Assembly (NCBI GenBank): GCA_963788655.1
Contig: CAWBHS010000001.1
Location: 1-25,002, forward strand
Reading direction: 5' to 3'
Source: an uncultured Verrucomicrobiae bacterium
Lineage (GTDB): Bacteria > Verrucomicrobiota > Verrucomicrobiia > Limisphaerales > JAFGQR01
Length of the DNA: 25,002 nucleotides
Shown: positions 19,802-25,002 of the stretch, one piece after another
Layout: every line of letters starts with the position of its first letter
How positions within the stretch are numbered: the stretch's first letter is position 1
Notes under the pieces: model-generated
Told to the model about the DNA's origin: nothing
Seen by the model: the letters and a program-made list of their open reading frames with translations, nothing else
The model's database searches: none
Made by a program: the position numbers and the translations under genes

Positions 19802-21820
19802 ATGAAAAATCGAATGCTGGCTTCCGCGCAAAAACATCGCGCTGGTGGCCTTCAACTGATTGTGGCCACTGGATTTCTCTGGTTCGCCATGTTGTCTCCA
19901 GGGTGGGCGAAGGAACCTCACCATCCGAAGATTGTGCCCCCCGGCAAGAAGGTGCATGGCAAGACCTACGACCAGTGGGCCGCCCAGTGGTGGCAGGATC
20001 TGTTTGCGATTCCCGTGGTGAATGGCGATCACCCGTTTTTCTCCGGGGGCACATTCGGCGGGGACCATAAAGTAGTGTTTCTGACGGGTGTGGGCGGCCC
20101 CACCACCGTCGAGATCAATCTGCCCAAAGACACGGCGATCTTCTTCCCGGTGCTCAACTCCGAGTGCTCGGTGCTGGAGGACCCGCCGTTCCATGGGGAT
20201 GACGAAGCCTCACTACGAGCCTGCGCGAACAGCTACCTCGATCATGCGGTCAGCCTCTTCGCCGAAATTGATGGGGTTCCCGTCGAGCACCTCGAAGCCT
20301 ATCGCAGCGGATCGCCCTGGTTCGAGTTCGGGCCGTTGCCGGAGGGCAACCTCTTCGGGGTGCCGGCGGGCACCACGTCCCTCTCGGTGGAGGCGGGCAT
20401 CTATCTGTTCCTGGAACCGTTGCACGACGGAACGCACACGATCCATTTCGGCGGAAGCACTTCGGGGTCGGCGTCCGACTTCGCGATCGACACCACGTAT
20501 GTCGTTCACGTTGGGAAAAAGGGAAAGGGCCTGGTCGTGCCGCCCGACAAAAAAGTGGAAGGCAAGACCTACGGCGACTGGGCGAATGCCTGGTGGCAAT
20601 GGGTGATGGGCATTCCGGCGGACCGCAACCCGTTGACCGATGAGACGGGCGAGTTTTGCGGGGAAGACCAACACGGTCCGGTGTGGTTTCTGGCCGGCAC
20701 GTTTGGGAACTCGGTGGAACGTACCTGCCAGATGCCCAAGGGCAAACGCATCTTCATGCCGGTGTTCAACTGGATCTTTGGCGCCGGCGTGTTCGACTGT
20801 GATCCGACGGTTCCCGGCGTGCCGTGCGATGTGGCCGGGTTGCAACAATTGGCGGCGGAACAAACCGAAAAGGCCGAGGTGCTCGACGTGACCATTGACG
20901 GGATGTCAGTCCCGAACGTGCGGGACTACCGGGCCAGTTCGCCGAAGCCCTTTGCTCTCAAATATCCGGACAACTCCGTCACCGGCGTGCCGAAGGGCAA
21001 GTATTCTCCGCAGGTGACCGACGGTTACTGGTTGATGCTCGAACCGCTGCCCGAAGGGGAACACGAAATCCGGATCCACGTCAGCGCCCCGGACACCGCG
21101 TTCGGTCTGATCGAGTTCGACATCATCACTCATCTTACGGTGGGCAAACCCAAGAAGGCCCACGTGGTCCCGCCGAAGGCCAAGTACCGCGGGCTGAGCT
21201 ATGGCGAATGGTCGGCCGAGTGGTGGAAATGGTGCTTCAGCCTGCCCGCGGACAGACACCCGTTGTTCGACACCGCCGATTCCAGCGCCGGCCAGTCGGG
21301 GAACGTCTGGTTCCTCGGCGGCACCTTCACGCTGATCGAAGATGAGGACGGTTCGGCGTCCGGGGTGGTGACGCGCGATTGCACCGTTCCGAAAGGTACG
21401 GCGTTGTTCTTCCCGATCCTGAATACCGAATGTTCCACCGTGGAAGGCAATGGCGATACCGAAGCAGAACTCCGTGACTGCGCGGCCTTTTATGGCAGCG
21501 CGGCCATGAATCCCGATTCCAATCTGCAATGCACCATTGATGGCATGCCCGTGAAGGATCTGGATCACTATCATGTGCAGTCGCCGGCATTTATGTACGG
21601 ACCGCTGCCGGAGGACAACATCCTGCAGGCCCTGGGCTTGGACGTGCCGGCGGGCACGACGTCGTTATCGGTGAGCGACGGTATCGATGTCATGCTCGAA
21701 CCTTCGTCCGCTGGTCGCCATACCATTCACTTCTCGGGCAGCGGCATCTATACCGAGGCGGAACACGGCTTTGATTACGTGTTCCATCTGGACATCACCT
21801 ACCACGTGACCGTCGAGTAA
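19802..21820 (+). CDS. Secreted hypothetical protein, 672 aa, with three tandem copies of a ~200-aa Trp/Cys-containing domain
   Basis: Signal peptide ending PGWA. Repeats start at ~19928, 20531 and 21161 and share VPP..K..G.[TS]Y..W...WW, V[VW]FL.G, [IL]F.P[VI].N, IDG..V, Y...SP.F, [AD]G....LEP...G.H.I and D[TI].. . AGGA lies upstream of the ATG. No frameshifts. Confidence 0.9.
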   Translation: MKNRMLASAQKHRAGGLQLIVATGFLWFAMLSPGWAKEPHHPKIVPPGKKVHGKTYDQWAAQWWQDLFAIPVVNGDHPFFSGGTFGGDHKVVFLTGVGGPTTVEINLPKDTAIFFPVLNSECSVLEDPPFHGDDEASLRACANSYLDHAVSLFAEIDGVPVEHLEAYRSGSPWFEFGPLPEGNLFGVPAGTTSLSVEAGIYLFLEPLHDGTHTIHFGGSTSGSASDFAIDTTYVVHVGKKGKGLVVPPDKKVEGKTYGDWANAWWQWVMGIPADRNPLTDETGEFCGEDQHGPVWFLAGTFGNSVERTCQMPKGKRIFMPVFNWIFGAGVFDCDPTVPGVPCDVAGLQQLAAEQTEKAEVLDVTIDGMSVPNVRDYRASSPKPFALKYPDNSVTGVPKGKYSPQVTDGYWLMLEPLPEGEHEIRIHVSAPDTAFGLIEFDIITHLTVGKPKKAHVVPPKAKYRGLSYGEWSAEWWKWCFSLPADRHPLFDTADSSAGQSGNVWFLGGTFTLIEDEDGSASGVVTRDCTVPKGTALFFPILNTECSTVEGNGDTEAELRDCAAFYGSAAMNPDSNLQCTIDGMPVKDLDHYHVQSPAFMYGPLPEDNILQALGLDVPAGTTSLSVSDGIDVMLEPSSAGRHTIHFSGSGIYTEAEHGFDYVFHLDITYHVTVE

Positions 21821-21867
21821 ACGCCGGGTGGCGCGTTTTTGCTTAGCCCGTATGTTTCACGCGCGCT

Positions 21868-21937
21868 GTAGCCGCCGACGTGAGGAGGCGAAGCGCAATT
21901 CGAAGCATCAGGTCCGCCTCCTCACGTCGGCGGTTAC
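21868..21937. repeat. REP doublet / REPIN-like element, family A, copy 2
   Basis: Arms 21868-21890 (GTAGCCGCCGACGTGAGGAGGCG) and 21915-21937 are inverted with 22/23 matches. Homologous to 378-447 in the opposite orientation. Confidence 0.88.
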
Positions 21938-21994
21938 GGTCGGACGGTGGGTTACGCTCAGTGTGAAATATCTCGGTTAGACTCCATCGAACAA

Positions 21995-22023
21995 AACCCG
22001 CTGCCGGAATCCGGCAGCGGGTT
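21995..22023. other. Perfect 14-bp inverted repeat (strong hairpin) just upstream of the propeller gene
   Basis: AACCCGCTGCCGGA-A-TCCGGCAGCGGGTT. Followed by a T-rich tract only on the minus strand. Ends 22 nt before ATG 22046. Confidence 0.7.
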
Positions 22024-22045
22024 CAAGGAATGCAAGGGACAAGCC

Positions 22046-24415
22046 ATGATCTCCAATCTCAAAGTCCTGATCGTGCTGGCGGTGGCCCTGGCTCAACTGG
22101 CAGCGGCGGCGACCGCGGCTGGTTATTGGGACAGCGGGTTCTTCCGGTCCGGCATCCAGGGTGAAGTGCGTGCCATCGCCGTCAGCGGGACCGATCTCTA
22201 CGTCGTCGGCAGCTTCACGGTCGCCGATAACGTGGCGGTCAACAACCTCGCCCGCTGGAACGGCACGAATTGGTCGGCACTGGGAGGCGGGGTCAACGGG
22301 GCGGTCAACGCCATCGCGATTGCCGGCACCGATGTGTATGTGGCCGGTGATTTCACCGAGGCGGGCGGCCTCAGCGCCAATCGCGTGGCCAAATGGGACG
22401 GCACGAACTGGTCGGCTCTGGGCAGCGGTCTCAGCGCAGGCACCATTCATGCGTTGGCGGTCAGCGATGAGAATGTGCTCTATGTTGGCGGCGAATTCGA
22501 TGCCATCGGCGGCATCAACGCCACGAACATTGCGCAGTGGCATGGGACGGAGTGGACGCCGTTGGGCGATGGCCTCAATGACCTGGACGCGGCCACGGTG
22601 TTGGCGCTGGCCTTCCACAACGGCTTTCTCTACGCGGGCGGCTACTTCACGCTGGCGGACGGCGAAGCCGCCAGTTCCTTGGCGGCCTGGGATGGTTGGG
22701 CCTGGTACACTGCGGACTTCGAAATGGATGATTTGGATTACCCGCCCATTGTTTCGGCCCTGGCCGCCAGCGGGACGGATTTATACGTTGGCGGCGCCTT
22801 TCATTACGCCGGTCCCATTGATGCCAACCACGTGGCTCGCTGGGACGGCACCAATTGGTGGCCATTGGGCGAGGGCTTGGAACGCTTCTTTGGTGACGTA
22901 CCGGTTGCCGCGTTGGCCACGCGGGACAATGAACTACTCGTGGCCGGGCGCTTCGAATCGGCCGGCGGAGTGGCCGCCACCAATCTGGCGCGTTGGGACG
23001 GCACCAACTGGACGGCCGTGGGCGAGGGCGCGTCGGGCGCGCTCGATTCGTTGGCCGTGATCGGCGACGACCTGCTGGTTGGCGGAACGTTTTCCGCTCC
23101 CGATGATTCCGTTCCGCTGGCCCTCGCGCAATGGAATGGCGCGGCTTGGTCTGCCCTCACCGCCAAGGAAGGCCAGGGCATCGCTGGTGACGGCGTCGCC
23201 GCTTTGGTCGCGAACGGTAACGATGTGTATGTCGCCGGTTCATTCAGTGCCGCCGGAGCTGTGGCGGCGAACAACGTCGCGCGTTGGGATGGCGCAAACT
23301 GGACGCCGCTTGGCAATGGAGTGGCCGGAGAAGTCAATGCCCTTTGTTGGTTGAACAACGATCTGTTTGTGGGCGGCAAATTCGCCGCGGCGGGCGGTGT
23401 GCCGGCGGGCAACGTGGCGCGTTGGGACGGGGCCTCCTGGTGGGGATTGAGCAATGGCGTCGATGGTCCCGTCTATGCGCTGGCCGCGTACGGTGGAGAG
23501 CTGATTGTTGGGGGCTCGTTTACTTCCGCCAGTGACCTTACCGTCAACCATATCGCCCGTTGGGACGGCGCAGCGTGGTGGCCGGTGGGAGATGGAGTAA
23601 CTGGCACGGTTTACGCGCTGGCCGCAGGAAGCAACGATTTATTTGTCGGCGGCAAATTTACCACGGCCGGAGGGATCGGAGCGAACAACGTAGCGCGGTG
23701 GAACGGCGTTGTCTGGGCGGCGTTGGGCGGCGGCGTCAGCGGCGTGGTCAGTCCCTTGCCACGGTACCGCCCGCCACCGGTTTCCGTGTTGGCCGTGTCC
23801 GGCAACGATTTGTTTGTCGGCGGTGATTTCGCGTTGGCGGGCGGCCTTCCGGCCACGAACATTGCCCGCTGGAACGGGTCGAGTTGGTCCGCGGTGGGTG
23901 GCAGTTTGCCCGGTGTGATCACCCTCGCGCCGCCTCCTGCGGTGAGCGCCTTGCTCATGCATGAGGGGTGGCTCTATGCAGGCGGAAGCTTCCTCCGCAC
24001 CGGCGGGCTTGAGGTTAACGGCCTGGCCCAGTGGGACGGCACGAACTGGAGCGAATTCGGCGCAGGTGTGAACCGAGGAACCGCCGGCTTTTCTGTTGCC
24101 GCGCTGGCAATGACTTCCAGCGGCCTGGGTGCGGGCGGGCATTTCCTGTTCGCGGGCAACGCCCCGGCCGCGAACTTCAGCATCTGGCACTTTGCTCCCC
24201 GCCTCCGGTTGGCGCCCTTGGGACGCGCGGTCCAGGTTTCCTGGCCAGCCGAGGCGGGAGATTATGAACTGCAGGCCGCGGACTCATTCGGATCCAACGT
24301 TTGGCGGAGGTTGACCAATTCCATGAGCATCATCAAAGGCCAGACCACCGTCATTGACGATGGCACTGATCCACTTCGGTTCTACCGCCTGCGCCAAAGG
24401 GGGACCAACCCTTAA
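22046..24415 (+). CDS. Secreted 14-repeat beta-propeller protein with the shared C-terminal domain
   Basis: Signal peptide MISNLKVLIVLAVALAQLAAAATA from ATG 22046 (AAGGGA upstream; the track starts at GTG 21947). 14 repeats of ~46-55 aa: V.ALA....LYVGG.F..AGG..A.N.ARWDG..W..LG.G. C-terminal domain ending LRFYRLRQ. Confidence 0.92.
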   Translation: MISNLKVLIVLAVALAQLAAAATAAGYWDSGFFRSGIQGEVRAIAVSGTDLYVVGSFTVADNVAVNNLARWNGTNWSALGGGVNGAVNAIAIAGTDVYVAGDFTEAGGLSANRVAKWDGTNWSALGSGLSAGTIHALAVSDENVLYVGGEFDAIGGINATNIAQWHGTEWTPLGDGLNDLDAATVLALAFHNGFLYAGGYFTLADGEAASSLAAWDGWAWYTADFEMDDLDYPPIVSALAASGTDLYVGGAFHYAGPIDANHVARWDGTNWWPLGEGLERFFGDVPVAALATRDNELLVAGRFESAGGVAATNLARWDGTNWTAVGEGASGALDSLAVIGDDLLVGGTFSAPDDSVPLALAQWNGAAWSALTAKEGQGIAGDGVAALVANGNDVYVAGSFSAAGAVAANNVARWDGANWTPLGNGVAGEVNALCWLNNDLFVGGKFAAAGGVPAGNVARWDGASWWGLSNGVDGPVYALAAYGGELIVGGSFTSASDLTVNHIARWDGAAWWPVGDGVTGTVYALAAGSNDLFVGGKFTTAGGIGANNVARWNGVVWAALGGGVSGVVSPLPRYRPPPVSVLAVSGNDLFVGGDFALAGGLPATNIARWNGSSWSAVGGSLPGVITLAPPPAVSALLMHEGWLYAGGSFLRTGGLEVNGLAQWDGTNWSEFGAGVNRGTAGFSVAALAMTSSGLGAGGHFLFAGNAPAANFSIWHFAPRLRLAPLGRAVQVSWPAEAGDYELQAADSFGSNVWRRLTNSMSIIKGQTTVIDDGTDPLRFYRLRQRGTNP

Positions 24416-24608
24416 GGCTTCACCACACCTGCCGGGTCAAAGCGCAGGGCGCCGCCACGTGGGCAGGTGGCGACCACTTGGGGCCAGTCAGCATAGGGCC
24501 TTCGCCATTGAAACCCGCTCCCTTTGCCCGCACACCAAGAATTCGCTTGGGACGAATCCCACCGGGCTGGTAGGCTCATTCACATTCCGAAGACAACACG
24601 TGAATTCA

Positions 24609-25002
24609 ATGGACACCAATAATGGATTACTTTTAACGGCGCCCCGCCTCACGCCGGCGCTCGATGATTCGTTCCGGCCCGCCGTGCTGGCCAACCGCAA
24701 CTTTCGCGAAAGTCTGGGCTCAGCCGCCACGCCGGTTCACTTGGCGCTGGAGCGCGGCGATGGATCAGTTTCCCGTTTTGATACGCAAGTGGCGGCTCCC
24801 AACTCGGCGCCGGCAGCGGGCAATTTCACCTACCTCGAACGTATCCTCAAGTTCCTGCTGTGGTCACGCGGCGGTTACCGAATTCATTTCGCCGGCCCCG
24901 TGGAATTGGGCCGGCAGTTGCAGCGCCATTTCCAAGAGCGCGCAACCGGAAAATTTGATGCCGCGTTGCTGGGCGGCAAAGTGTACGAGAAGACCTTCGA
25001 GG
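24609..25002 (+). CDS. Probable ROK-family protein, N-terminal part (runs off the right edge)
   Basis: Manual translation, open to the edge: MDTNNGLLLTAPRLTPALDDSFRPAVLANR...LALERGDGSVSRF...YLERILKFLLWSRGGYRIHFAGP...FDAALLGGKVYEKTFE. The P.LD..F.P and ER..KFLLW..GG motifs match my recollection of the N-terminal extension of a long ROK subfamily; the ROK core lies outside the window. Confidence 0.65.
   Translation, partial: MDTNNGLLLTAPRLTPALDDSFRPAVLANRNFRESLGSAATPVHLALERGDGSVSRFDTQVAAPNSAPAAGNFTYLERILKFLLWSRGGYRIHFAGPVELGRQLQRHFQERATGKFDAALLGGKVYEKTFE

Noticed and set aside
24426..24469. 8-bp inverted repeat CACCTGCC/GGCAGGTG after the propeller gene
   Set aside because: Long loop and no U-tract; expected by chance at this GC content.

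Overview
GC-rich bacterial DNA. The protein families and REP types suggest Verrucomicrobiota (inference). The window holds an envelope-signalling and surface-protein locus. A minus-strand operon encodes a FecR-TPR-outer-membrane beta-barrel receptor and a CHASE2/3TM/Hanks-type Ser/Thr kinase. Divergent from it is a ~12 kb run of three very large secreted modular proteins (Ig, beta-helix, P-domain/Calx-beta/PPC-like, 14-blade propeller). Next come a convergent ECF sigma factor with no adjacent anti-sigma gene, a triple-domain secreted protein, a second 14-blade propeller protein and the start of a ROK-family gene. Two unannotated signals tie the locus together: an identical bipartite motif TAAAAA-N15-CGTGT in front of three transcription units, and a shared ~70-aa C-terminal domain ending [RQ][FY][FY]R[LV] on four secreted proteins. 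At least 17 single-base frameshifts between 4.1 and 18.4 kb split four genes; they look like long-read assembly errors. Several GTAG-type REP/REPIN palindromes lie in intergenic spaces.
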